In this document: positions 9,901 to 19,200 of the stretch, piece by piece
Position numbering within the stretch: position 1 is the first letter of the stretch
Layout of the letters: the number at the start of each line of letters is the position of its first letter
Position numbers and translations under genes: made by a program
NCBI GenBank assembly: GCA_964406095.1
Contig: CAYOQJ010000079.1
Coordinates: 5,944-69,943 of the forward strand
Direction: 5' to 3'
DNA length: 64,000 bases
Source: an uncultured Lentisphaeraceae bacterium
GTDB lineage: Bacteria > Verrucomicrobiota > Kiritimatiellia > RFP12 > UBA1067
The notes under the pieces: model-generated
The model's database searches: none
What the model saw: only the letters and a program-made list of their open reading frames with translations
Told to the model about the DNA's origin: nothing

Positions 9901-10886
9901 TTACAAATGCAGCTGCTACGGCGATCATGGTGATGAGTCGTCGTGAGAGTCAGACTAGTTACGCGCGGGTGTTGACTGTCTGGAAAGATGACTTGCCTGA
10001 TCACAATACAACCGAGGGCGGCATATTTGTGCATATGCCCTTTGCGACGAGTTGTGCTGGGCATCGTGCTAATGCACGGAAATCCGTCTATTCACCTTTG
10101 CCTGAGGAAACACCAGTTTGTCTTATATCACGGTATGACGGTGAGGCGCACCGCATGATCAGGGACGGAGAAGTTTTGTGTGCTCCCGTGCAGAGTGCAG
10201 GAAGGTTTAATGCTAACCGCCTTTCGCTGGGTTGTAACAGCGGAGCCATAGAGCCGTTCAACGGTGATATCGCGGAAGTCCTGCTTTTTGATTATGCTTT
10301 GACACCAGATCAGTATCAGATGATCGCCACTTATCTGAAGGACAAGTGGATCAATTCATTTGCTGGGACACCTGTCGGTGCGTTACAAAACGTATCGTCG
10401 ATAGAGGTTGGGTTTGGCTCAGAACTTGATGTGCGTGATGTTGCTGGTTTTGCTGTTCAGAGTAATGGGGTGCTTTTTGGTGCAGGGACAGTACTTGGAA
10501 ATGTAACTGTTCGCGGTGGAGGCCGAATTCAGGCAGTGAGCGACGGCGACGGCGTTCTGAATGTCGCAGGCGATCTAATTTTTCAGCCTGACTCAACCGT
10601 GGTACTGGATTATACGGGCGGCGCACGTCCGCTGATTTCGGTGACTGGACTGTTGTTGCTGCCGACGCAAATGACTTATGCGGCGACTAATATAACTCAG
10701 ATTACGGGAAGCGCAAAGGTTCCAGTTCTGCAAGGTGATGCGTGGAGCGACGGTTCAGGGGAGCAACCTGTTCCGGGCGCATGGTCTTTGCTGGGAGGTA
10801 GCGGCGCAAATTCGTTCGAACTGGACGATTCCATACATCGTGTAAATCTTCTTTTTGTTCGTGGCACGAAAATAACAATTTTGTAA
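6939..10886 (+). CDS. Large secreted protein with four tandem LamG/concanavalin-like modules of about 238 aa, flanked by autotransporter-associated beta-strand-repeat-like segments
   Basis: Signal peptide MQNKGRKRFVWVTLLGVGMTFASC after the RBS aagtgaGGAaaaa. Four-fold repeated motif [FP][DNS]GD[IV].EV[LI][IVL][YF][ND].{3}[LS]...[EQ].{5,7}Y[LM].{2}KW at about 720-nt period. The 6822 start in the ORF track is probably too far upstream. Confidence 0.6.
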   Translation: MQNKGRKRFVWVTLLGVGMTFASCLFGGDVFWSGATSQNWHTPSNWSSGSVPTNGDTAVIDPAQQAVTRWDFQLTNDAEVAGIRFTNLTQTVSGSASGKFALSLGDEGVSVSGAAVTLALPCVVAAPQVWAVTTGAELIHSGELRGSAKIAKTGEGRAWLMGKSVFSGSYQVNEGVLKGVSEYSMPVADGLNVWLDASAIATIITNSAGAITVWSNRVGTSVMTPVDGGGPLWVANAVRGKPAARFNSADSNGLVMHSGYANNTNVVTVFVVTQRRGKQGASFAGILSIFKDGEMDYNTSTGTVFFRFGSNTTPAYTLFCDRDNVTKAGQIHVSRETPVCLMARYDGQSLALVQDGVLPGSVNTHAKLTQSFDADRLILGNRPMSNYAYPFDGDVSEVLIYNRVLTVAEEQQVFAYLRQKWQRPVTLETVLSEASLWFDAAQPEMIVTNTFGGVVAWSNLVSESTLTPLTNATPLFVNQSVNGLPAVRFGKDLNNGLKTTGGYWNRGKALTVFVSLVPHASQSRYAGVVSVVGLGNDYNAAANAVAIYTSDFMQRRWGAHRQNNVLSEAILIPDQSSFLMSHFDGSAHKFSLNGTVLGAPVVSDQTFNAQVLYLGTRCYETAVPPTFNGDIQEVIVYNRTLSSVEENLINEYLDKKWRKVDDLDILLADAAVHLDASEAMSVVTNAAGQVVTWSNLTSDAVMTVPTEHGCVGPQWVAGAMNNRPVMRFDNLQTNGLFMQSGYTNIEAGLTAFVLLRRMNLITWAGILSAYNASKINDWGNTASVVLLQADDSSYKYTLYSHRVNHLGSVADIPYNEPVCLMSAFDGLKHTIAVNGVSASTAVSSGLFDANRLCLGVRWCNGTMRYHFSGDIAEVLVYNRSLSSEETARINDHMREKWQQSPSDTLEGLLSSAQLWLDASVSDTLTTNESGLVTFWSNLVVNTPVALIPHVGGTGPAIIANGMNGKTVLRFNKDAGATQGLMVSQGFALTNAAATAIMVMSRRESQTSYARVLTVWKDDLPDHNTTEGGIFVHMPFATSCAGHRANARKSVYSPLPEETPVCLISRYDGEAHRMIRDGEVLCAPVQSAGRFNANRLSLGCNSGAIEPFNGDIAEVLLFDYALTPDQYQMIATYLKDKWINSFAGTPVGALQNVSSIEVGFGSELDVRDVAGFAVQSNGVLFGAGTVLGNVTVRGGGRIQAVSDGDGVLNVAGDLIFQPDSTVVLDYTGGARPLISVTGLLLLPTQMTYAATNITQITGSAKVPVLQGDAWSDGSGEQPVPGAWSLLGGSGANSFELDDSIHRVNLLFVRGTKITIL

Positions 10887-10891
10887 TTTTG

Positions 10892-11590
10892 TTACAAAAT
10901 GGCTCGCAACAACCGACAGCCATCAGAAAAATCAGTCGACCAGATTGCTTGGCCGTCGGTATTTTTGCCAGCATAGTATTCATACTGTGATTCATCATTA
11001 ACGGTTTTTGGGGATGGATTGACACGGCACAAATAGATTTGATCGCCTGTAATCCAGCTGAAGTTGGCCTTGCGGTCTTCCTGATCCTTTTCCGTTGAGC
11101 CATGCCCAACAAGATACATTTTTCCGTCCGGACTGTGTTCCATGTTTTTACCGAAATCCACCACATGGGGGGCACCCAGTTTGACCGGATCTTTCAAGCG
11201 TGAAGGTTCGGGAAAAAGGGCTTTATTTACATCGGTGAAGAGAGGACTTGTTATCCAGGTTTTCCCATTATCAAGGGAAACATGAAAGCCGCCAAAAGGT
11301 CCCAGCATGGGCCAGTTTAATCCGCCGTAGCCGTTGCCACCGGTCAATCCATAGGTGCCAAGATACCATACATCATTATGGTGAAAAGATGCGCAAGGAT
11401 AGCGACCTCGGTATTGTCTGCCCGGGCCAGGTATCGTGCCGGGGTTGATGATGGACAAGGTCATCGGATCATCACCTTTGATCACCGCGTGTCCAATCAC
11501 GGCCTTCTTGCCTCCACCGGAGCTACTCATTACGAACCCAAAAAAAAGACGAAATGATACGTAGGAAAATAATGGAAAAATGAGTGTCAT
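10892..11590 (-). CDS. Hypothetical secreted protein (possible beta-propeller glycoside-hydrolase-like)
   Basis: Start chosen at MTLIFPLF... (hydrophobic N-terminus); it overlaps the AraC stop by ATGA. Gly-rich, with WxD/DG-type repeats. No firm family assignment. Confidence 0.4.
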   Translation of the reverse strand: MTLIFPLFSYVSFRLFFGFVMSSSGGGKKAVIGHAVIKGDDPMTLSIINPGTIPGPGRQYRGRYPCASFHHNDVWYLGTYGLTGGNGYGGLNWPMLGPFGGFHVSLDNGKTWITSPLFTDVNKALFPEPSRLKDPVKLGAPHVVDFGKNMEHSPDGKMYLVGHGSTEKDQEDRKANFSWITGDQIYLCRVNPSPKTVNDESQYEYYAGKNTDGQAIWSTDFSDGCRLLRAIL

Positions 11591-12441
11591 TCCCAGGCGC
11601 GGCGACGGATTTCGCGGGGTGAAACACCTTGTATACGACGAACACAACGAGAGAAATGGAAGGGATTCTTGAACCCGCAGCGCTCCGCGATTTCAGCTAT
11701 GGTCAGGCCTGTGTCCGCCAAGAGTTGCACCCCCTTTTCAGTTCGGATACGCCAGAGGTGCCGTGATGGTGTTGTGCCGACTGATTGGGTGAATTTATAG
11801 AGCAGCGTGTTGGTAGAGCAACCTGCCGCGTGCCGTGCATCGCACAGGCACGCTTCTTCACTAAAATGGTCTTCCATATGACGTATGGCTTTGATTACAC
11901 AGGTGTCGCTTTGTACAAATGTAATCGCATTGTTGACCATGTTCAGAAATTCGTAGAACAGGGTGATGGCTAATGAGTTGATTACGCGGCATGCAGGAGT
12001 TGACTGGTTTGAGCGCAAGAGAAAAGCCGAGGAAACAATTCGGTTGAAGCATTCGGACGGGGCGAGTCCGTTTTCGGTTACAGAGTCGAGAGAATGTAAC
12101 AATTCCTGTGGCAGGACGGATGGCTTGGCTGAGCACCAGAAGTGGTGTGTCTGGCACTGTTCAGAGAAGATGAAATGCTCGTGATGAGCTGGGCTGAACA
12201 GATACACATGACCAATTTTCAGGGTGCGCAGACAGTTGTTTATCCGCACATTGCATGAGCCGGAGTAAAGCAAGACCAACTCGTAATCGCGTTGAACACG
12301 CGGACCGCAATAACCGCCGGGAAGATAGCGTATCTGACCGAAAGCCGCGTCGGCTGAACGCATATTGCGCTGCGACCACTCAATTCTGACCCCGTCGTAG
12401 GCTACATCGACCTCTTCCATTATTGGAATTATACTTGACAT
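11587..12441 (-). CDS. AraC/XylS-family transcriptional regulator (N-terminal cupin-like sensor + C-terminal HTH)
   Basis: C-terminal double HTH: LLADTGLTIAEIAERCGFKNPFHFSRCVRRIQGVSPREIRR. Confidence 0.85.
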   Translation of the reverse strand: MSSIIPIMEEVDVAYDGVRIEWSQRNMRSADAAFGQIRYLPGGYCGPRVQRDYELVLLYSGSCNVRINNCLRTLKIGHVYLFSPAHHEHFIFSEQCQTHHFWCSAKPSVLPQELLHSLDSVTENGLAPSECFNRIVSSAFLLRSNQSTPACRVINSLAITLFYEFLNMVNNAITFVQSDTCVIKAIRHMEDHFSEEACLCDARHAAGCSTNTLLYKFTQSVGTTPSRHLWRIRTEKGVQLLADTGLTIAEIAERCGFKNPFHFSRCVRRIQGVSPREIRRRAWE

Positions 12442-12602
12442 TGACCGTGGGATTCAAGTCCAGATTAAATGTGTTGCAAAAAATCTTATTAAGATTGTGC
12501 TGAAGCAAAATCTGAGTTATTATGAATCGATAATTGCCAATGGTGTTTCCAATTCCAGATTTTGGATGCGCCGATTATCAATATGAAAAAGGAGTTATGA
12601 AT

Positions 12603-13070
12603 ATGGCTGACGACAAAAGAGCTGCTAATGATCCTTTGGCCGGGGTAAAACCCGGTCAGCGCCAGAGTGCATTTAAAAGAACGGCTGATCCCTGGGTTGA
12701 GATCGGCAGAGTAATATACGGTGGCGACCGTACAATGGTTTCAACGGTTGAGCGCGTGGTGTTGGATGCGGATGCGTCACAGTATCCTGGTTTTGAAAAT
12801 AAACTCCTGAAGGTGGCGACCGCTAGTGAGTGTACGGAGTGCGGTTATGGCTTCATCTGCCGTCTACTGGCTTTGATCGGTTCTGATGAGAGTGTCGAGA
12901 GACTCAAAGCGAAACTTCAGGACTCCAGCGAGGTTATCGCCCATTCCACCCGCATGGTGCTGGAGGGGGTCGGCAGTGCCAAGGCATTGGCGGCACTGAA
13001 GGCTGCTCAATCCGGTATTAAAGGACGTGAGGCTGAGGGAGTTGCAGGTGCAATCAAGCTGATGAGTTAA
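12603..13070 (+). CDS. Hypothetical protein (alpha-helical, HEAT-like C-terminus)
   Basis: ORF 12534..13070. The best RBS (aaGGAG) is 8 nt before the ATG at 12603. No recognisable catalytic motif. Confidence 0.4.
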   Translation: MADDKRAANDPLAGVKPGQRQSAFKRTADPWVEIGRVIYGGDRTMVSTVERVVLDADASQYPGFENKLLKVATASECTECGYGFICRLLALIGSDESVERLKAKLQDSSEVIAHSTRMVLEGVGSAKALAALKAAQSGIKGREAEGVAGAIKLMS

Positions 13071-13148
13071 TGGACAACACAGAGACACAGAGGCTATAGC
13101 TGTGCAGATGTTCAGCAATGACAGATCTTATTATATAAGGAAAATTCA

Positions 13149-14441
13149 ATGAAAGCAACACGTAGAGATTTTATCAAGAGCGCGGGAATTGCAACTGGTG
13201 CCGTTGCTGCATTTCCGACAATTATTCCCTCCGTCGTACTTGGCGCTGATGCTCCCAGCAAGGTGCTAAATCTGGCTTGTGTCGGAGTCGGCGGTATGGG
13301 CGGTTCACATATCAAACAGCTCAAAGAGCGTGGCAATGTGCGCATCAGGGCGGTGGCGGATGTTGATGCGGTTTTTGCTCAGAATGCCGCGAATACAATC
13401 AATCAGCAGTATGGCAACAAGGACTGCAAGGTGTGCGGTGATTTCCGCGAGGTCACACGCGATAAGGATATCGATCTGATTACAGTCGCGACTCCGGATC
13501 ACTGGCATGCGCTGCCTGCTATCGATGCGATTCGGCATGGCAAGGATGTTTATGTTGAAAAGCCGCTGACGCTTACAATCCGTGAGGGACAGGTGCTGGT
13601 CAGTGAGCTGCGCAAGCATAATCGAATCGGCCAGACCGGCACTCAGCAGCGTTCAACAGAGAAATTCCATTTTGCAGCCGAGCTGATCCGTAATGGAAGA
13701 TTCGGTAAGATTGAGCATATTGATGTTTTGATTCCTGCTAATAATATGTTCGTCGGAGCCGAATGGAAACCTGAGCCGGTGCCTGCCGGACTGGATTACG
13801 ATTTCTGGTTGGGCCCCGCGCCGTACGCGCCTTATACATCACAGCGAACCCACTATCAGTTCCGCTACATTCTGGATGTCGCCGGCGGCCAGACAACCAA
13901 CTGGGGCGCGCACTATCTTGATATTGCGCAGTGGGCGCTGGGCATGGATGAGAGCGGACCGGTCGAAGTTGACGGACACGGCGTGTTCCCGACCAGCGGA
14001 CTTTTCACCGCGCCCACCCGCGTGGATGTACGGTACAAGTATGCCAACGGCGTGACGATGCGCATGCGCACCAGAACCGACGGAGTATATGATGGCAACA
14101 TCATTTTTTATGGCGATAAAGGCACGTTGAATGTTTCGCGCGGCAAACTGGTTGTCGATCCCGCCGCTATCCTGAATGAGAAGATCGGTGATGGAGAGAT
14201 CAGGCTTTATAACAGCCGTGACCATTTCGGTAATTGGATTGAGTGCTGCCAGACACGTCAAAAGCCTGTGTCTGATCTGGCTATCGGGCACAAGACCACC
14301 AACCTTTGCAATATCGGCAATATCGTGATGCAGTTGCAGCGTAAGCTGAAGTGGGATCCAGTGAAAGAGATGTTTGATGGCGACCAGATGGCTAACCGCA
14401 TGTTGCAGCGCTCGATGCGCGGACCATGGTCGTTGGCGTGA
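13149..14441 (+). CDS. Gfo/Idh/MocA-family NAD(P)-dependent oxidoreductase, TAT-exported
   Basis: Twin-arginine signal MKATRRDFIKSAGIATGAVAAF. Rossmann motif GVGGMGGSH. RBS aaGGAaaattca. Confidence 0.85.
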   Translation: MKATRRDFIKSAGIATGAVAAFPTIIPSVVLGADAPSKVLNLACVGVGGMGGSHIKQLKERGNVRIRAVADVDAVFAQNAANTINQQYGNKDCKVCGDFREVTRDKDIDLITVATPDHWHALPAIDAIRHGKDVYVEKPLTLTIREGQVLVSELRKHNRIGQTGTQQRSTEKFHFAAELIRNGRFGKIEHIDVLIPANNMFVGAEWKPEPVPAGLDYDFWLGPAPYAPYTSQRTHYQFRYILDVAGGQTTNWGAHYLDIAQWALGMDESGPVEVDGHGVFPTSGLFTAPTRVDVRYKYANGVTMRMRTRTDGVYDGNIIFYGDKGTLNVSRGKLVVDPAAILNEKIGDGEIRLYNSRDHFGNWIECCQTRQKPVSDLAIGHKTTNLCNIGNIVMQLQRKLKWDPVKEMFDGDQMANRMLQRSMRGPWSLA

Positions 14442-14636
14442 TCAGGTGTTTCGCCGCAATCCAGAGTCAACATATCGGTTATTATCAATCCCGCATACGG
14501 AATTGTTGCGGTCATCTTTAATTTTTGTCCAGGAAACAGGGCCCGGGGAGAAATTTCATTTGTGCGAAACACTCCCTTTCCTATGTTTCATGCCGTTCGT
14601 GCGTAGCACGAATCCAGATACTAGCTTCAATCAAAA

Positions 14637-14682
14637 AAGACCATTTGGTGGACATGACAGAACGTGCCGGTTTTGCTTTAAT
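14637..14682 (+). promoter_or_regulatory. Promoter-like element ACCATTTGGTGGAC-ATGACA-N17-TTTAAT upstream of the second Gfo/Idh/MocA gene
   Basis: A -35-like ATGACA (14654-14659) and a -10-like TTTAAT (14677-14682) at 17-nt spacing. The upstream 20-mer matches 18/20 with the element upstream of nqrA (48397-48416). Confidence 0.45.
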
Positions 14683-14845
14683 GCGAATGACCATAAGGGG
14701 AAGGACTTATTATTTATGAGTCCGGCTGATGATATGAGTTACCTGAAGGTACTCGGTCAGAGGTGTCGCGCCTGCTTTTCAGTTGATTTGGCCCGGCGGG
14801 CTTTGAGTTTGCCGACAGAACAGTGTTAATACAAGGGGAACAGCA

Positions 14846-16201
14846 ATGAATATGAAATTTAACCGTAGAAACTTCGTCAAAAGTTCGGCTGCGGCTGCAT
14901 CACTTCTGCCTACTTTCAATGTGCTTGGCAAGGTGGCGGAGACAATCGGGCCCAGAGAGGATGATGTGAATGTGGCGGTTATTGGATATGGCGCTGAGGG
15001 TGAGATTCTAACCGATGCGGCAATAAAAATTCCGGGTGTGCGCTTCAAGGCGGTCTGCGATATCTGGGAATACCGCCGCAAGATGGCCAAGGGGCGTCTG
15101 CGTTCATTGGGACATGATGTCAATGTTTATGAGGACTACCGCGAACTGCTTGCGACCGAGGACAAGAATATCGAGTGTTGCATTGTGGCGACTCCCGACT
15201 GGATGCATGCTGAGATAACGCGTGCCTGTCTGGAGGCGGGCAAGCATGTCTACTGCGAGAAGGAGATGTCTAACAGATTGGATCGGGCCCGTGATATGGT
15301 GCTGGCACAGCGTGAGACCGGCAAATTGCTGCAGATTGGTCATCAGCGTCGATCAAACCCGAGATATGTGCATGCGATTGAGAATGTTATCAGAAAGCAC
15401 CAGGTGCTCGGGCGTGTGACCCACGCCTATGGACAGTGGAACCGCTCGGTGGCTCCCTTTCTGACTGTACGTGACCGGCTCAAAATTCCTGTGGAAACTC
15501 TTCAGAAATATGGTTACGAGAATATGGAACAGTTTCTGAACTGGCGCTGGTTCGCAAAATACGGCGGCGGTCCAATGGTTGACCTCGGCTCACACCAGAT
15601 CGATCTCTTCTTCTGGGCCTGGGATTGCACACCGATTTCGGTTACCGCAGTTGGCGGCAATGACTATTACAACCGTGAAATGAACGACAACGTAATGGCG
15701 ATTTACGAGTTTAAAACCAAGCAAGGTGTGGTTAATCGGGCCTACTACCAGGTGCTGACGACCTCCAGCCGCGGGGCTTTTTATGAGCAGTTCATGGGTG
15801 AGTACGGCTCGCTGACGATCTCTGAGATCGCCGAGCGCGGCAACACGGTTCAGCGTGAAACCTACACCGGTGAGGAGGGCAAACTCAAGTGGAACAGGTT
15901 TATTGACATGGGGCTTATGCTACCGGTCAGAGAGCCGGTTAAAGCCTACACCCAGGCTTCCAATGTGGCTCTCGATGTGCGTGTAACCGCTGCAGCAGAT
16001 GGAAATGCGTTGCCGGTCGATCTGCTTAAACCGGCTCATATGCCGCACCTCGAAAATTTCTTTGATGCCGTTCGTAAAGGCACCCAGCTGAGCTGTCCGG
16101 CCGATTTAGCCTATGAGTCGGCGGTGGCTGTGCTGGCGGCCAACCGCTCTGTAGCCGAGGGTAAGACTATCCATTTCAAACCTGAAGATTTTCATGTGTG
16201 A
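14846..16201 (+). CDS. Gfo/Idh/MocA-family oxidoreductase, TAT-exported (second paralogue)
   Basis: Twin-arginine signal MNMKFNRRNFVKSSAAAASLL. Motif VIGYGAEGE. Confidence 0.85.
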   Translation: MNMKFNRRNFVKSSAAAASLLPTFNVLGKVAETIGPREDDVNVAVIGYGAEGEILTDAAIKIPGVRFKAVCDIWEYRRKMAKGRLRSLGHDVNVYEDYRELLATEDKNIECCIVATPDWMHAEITRACLEAGKHVYCEKEMSNRLDRARDMVLAQRETGKLLQIGHQRRSNPRYVHAIENVIRKHQVLGRVTHAYGQWNRSVAPFLTVRDRLKIPVETLQKYGYENMEQFLNWRWFAKYGGGPMVDLGSHQIDLFFWAWDCTPISVTAVGGNDYYNREMNDNVMAIYEFKTKQGVVNRAYYQVLTTSSRGAFYEQFMGEYGSLTISEIAERGNTVQRETYTGEEGKLKWNRFIDMGLMLPVREPVKAYTQASNVALDVRVTAAADGNALPVDLLKPAHMPHLENFFDAVRKGTQLSCPADLAYESAVAVLAANRSVAEGKTIHFKPEDFHV

Positions 16202-16251
16202 AACAACGAGATATTCTGAGTAAGCAGAGAGTGTGTTAGAGAAAAAAGGAT

Positions 16252-19200
16252 TTGATAATGAAGAAATTGACAACACTGATTGTTGCCCTGGGTCTCTGTA
16301 CGGTGGCATTTGGCGCGGTGCCTTCCCACTGGGATGGCGGTCGCAATATACCGGTGCACAAGCTAACTTTGCTGGATGAATTTGAGGATACCATTGATCC
16401 GGTCAGCGCAAGTGCTTTACCAGTGAGTACTCGCAACACCTGTGGACAATGCCATGACTACAGCATTATCTCCGGCGGCTGGCATTTTAACAGCTCCGAA
16501 ACAAACGCCTGCCTGGGACGTTTTTCGGAACCCTGGTTCATGATTGACCAACTCAGCGGTTCGCAAATTCCCATGAGTCTGCGTACATGGCCGAAAGTTT
16601 ACAAACCCGAGGATATCGGCATGACCGATTGGGAGTGGGTTTATGCCTTCGGTCGTCACCTGCCGGGCGGTGATATTGCCGAACCGGAGGATATCTATGC
16701 CGAGGGTGGAGAGAATGTACGCTGGGAGGTCAGCGGAAAGATGGAAATCAACTGCTTTGCCTGCCACTCAACCAGCGATCTGTATGATCACAGCGAATTT
16801 GTTCGTCTGGTGAAACGTGAGAATTTCGCCTGGGCTGCATCTGGTGCTTTTGGCCTTGGTAATGTCGAAGGCATGGGATCGCGTGTGCCCGAATATTGGG
16901 ATGCCTCGCGCGGATTTGATCCGGATGACCGCGTGTACAAAGTGCCGCCGCATATCAACTACGATCTCGGACGTTTCGACAGCAAGAGCCGCACAGTGCT
17001 GGAGGTTGGAGAGCCGAGCAGCGAAAACTGTCTTAATTGTCACTCTGTCTCGCAATCGGGAGTCGGCCATCATCAGATTGACGGCGATGTGCATCTGCGT
17101 GCCGGCATGAACTGCAGTGACTGCCACAGCAATGGGCTGGGGCATGATATCGCCCGCGGTTACGAAGGTGAATCCGGAGAGTACAGGGATAAGACCCGTG
17201 CAACTGCCAGTTGCGCAGGCTGCCATGTGATCGGTGACGATACCAAAGCCGGACGTTTTGGCGCACCGGCTCCCGAACATGTTGGGTTTCCGCTGATTCA
17301 TTTTGAAAAGCTGAGCTGCACGGTCTGTCACTCAGGAGTCACAGAGGCTGGCAAGCTGGCTCAGGTGCGCACTTCCAAAGCCAATCGCATGGGGGTTTAC
17401 GGTCGAGCCCGCTGGGTGACACCGGCACCTTTTATACAGGAACCGGTTTTTGTTAAAAACGAACAGGGCGTGATTGAGCCGCATCGTATCAGCTGGCCGG
17501 CCTTCTGGGGCAGACGTTCTGCTGACGGCAGGGAGGTCAAACCGATTAAACCTGAGAAGGTCGGTGAGCTTTGCGCAGATGAGCTGGGAGTTAGAACACG
17601 CCTGGGTGCCTTGCTGGCTACGCTCGCTACCAACCCGAATATTCCGGGGGTGCCGGCACTGGCGATAAACGGCATCTGCTTTGCGGCAAACGCGGACGGG
17701 GTTGCTATGCCGGTTGTGCAGGACGAGAGTATCAAAGGTGTTGCCTTTGTCTATCTGGTTGACGGATGCGATCCGGCAGCGGATTTCACGGGTTTTGATC
17801 CGCTGGCTTCAACCGAGGGTCTTGCGCAATTTCAGGCGGAGAGACACATTGAAAAACTGGAGCAGTTCACCGGATTACTTGGTGATCTTGAAGCTCAGCC
17901 GTTGGCTGAAGGTCGTTACGGGGCAGTGGTTCTCGGCGATCAAATTTATTACAAGACCTATAACGGCTTGACTAACGCTCCGGCGGGAGATGCTCCGCAG
18001 GGTGCCGGTTACTATTTGGACGGCAGCTTTGATTCCATTGTGCACAACTTCGCGCAGCCGGCCCTTCCGATTTATGATCCGACAGCTGGCAGCTCTCAAA
18101 TGACTGACGATCAGTATCGTGTTTTTGATGCGAACCGAAAAAAATTCGAGGAACTCCTTCAGACCTTGGATGCGAGCGAGATGGCTGAAAATCGTTATTG
18201 CGCTATGGTAATAAAAGACCAACTCTTCTATCGTGGCGGAACTGATGCTACCGTGATCAGCACCAACGCTCCTGCCGGGGCTGATGACGGCATGATAGGC
18301 TTTTATATGGATGGTGGGTTTGAGCCGCTGCTCGACGATTATCTGGTTTCCAATGTCGCTGAACTGGCCGACTCCGAGTGCTCACTGACTGAAAGCATGG
18401 TTACGGCTGTGCTCAGAAAACTGACCGCTTCGGGTGAGGTGAATCCGGTTTACGTTGCGCATGGTAAGCTTTGGGGTTTGAATGAAGATGGAGAGTTGAC
18501 CGCCGGTGTGCATGTTGCGGCGGAACCGGTCAGCTGGGCTCTGGGTCATGATGTACGTCCGGCAAGATTGGCGCGTGGAGCAAAACCGGTTAAGTGCGAC
18601 GACTGTCATACCGCCGACTCCGACTTCTTTTTCGCTGATGTCCGTTCGACCGGACCGTTGCTGACCTCCAGTGTGGCGGTTGCCAAGCAAATTGATTTCA
18701 TGCAGCTCAGCGGTGTTTACAACCGTTTATTCGGTTTGACCTTTATGGTGCGTCCGTTGCTAAAAATTTTCCTGTGGCTGGCATTCGGCATATTCATATT
18801 GGTAGCGGTGGGTTTTGCTTCGGTGAGCATTCCCGCTTTGCTGGCGTTGGGTGGTTTGAAGCAGGGGACACCGCGTGAGCAGCTGATGAACAGAATTGAT
18901 CGGATTGCGATGCTTGCGCTAACGGCATCTAGCGGCTATCTGGCACTTTCGGGAGTAACGGGCTGGCTGTTGCACCTGATGACGGGATATTTGCTGGTGC
19001 TGCATATTGTGGCCGGCGGAATCTTTGCACTCTGTTTGCTGACTCTGCTCTGGACCCGTGGTGCTGCGCGGCTTGCTATACCTAGAAAGAGTATGCTTTG
19101 GCTGGCCATGCTGATCCTAGCTGTGGTTGTGATCTTTTCCGCAGTTGCGCCGATGATGACTATTTTCGGCTCGGAGTGGCAGCTTGCGTTGCTCTGGACG

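Noticed and set aside
14651-14667. Sigma54 (-24/-12) reading of the shared TGGTGGACATGACA element
   Set aside because: The GG to GC spacing does not fit TGGCAC-N5-TTGC in either copy.
14374-14829. 151-aa ORF filling the gap between the two Gfo/Idh/MocA genes
   Set aside because: It has no recognisable motifs and overlaps the end of the upstream gene. The region is better explained as a 5' UTR plus the promoter-like element.
16768-17331. 187-aa antisense ORF and similar antisense ORFs inside long genes (e.g. 733-1170, 35666-36343, 45033-45908)
   Set aside because: These lie entirely within strongly supported genes on the opposite strand. They are typical spurious ORFs of a GC-rich genome.
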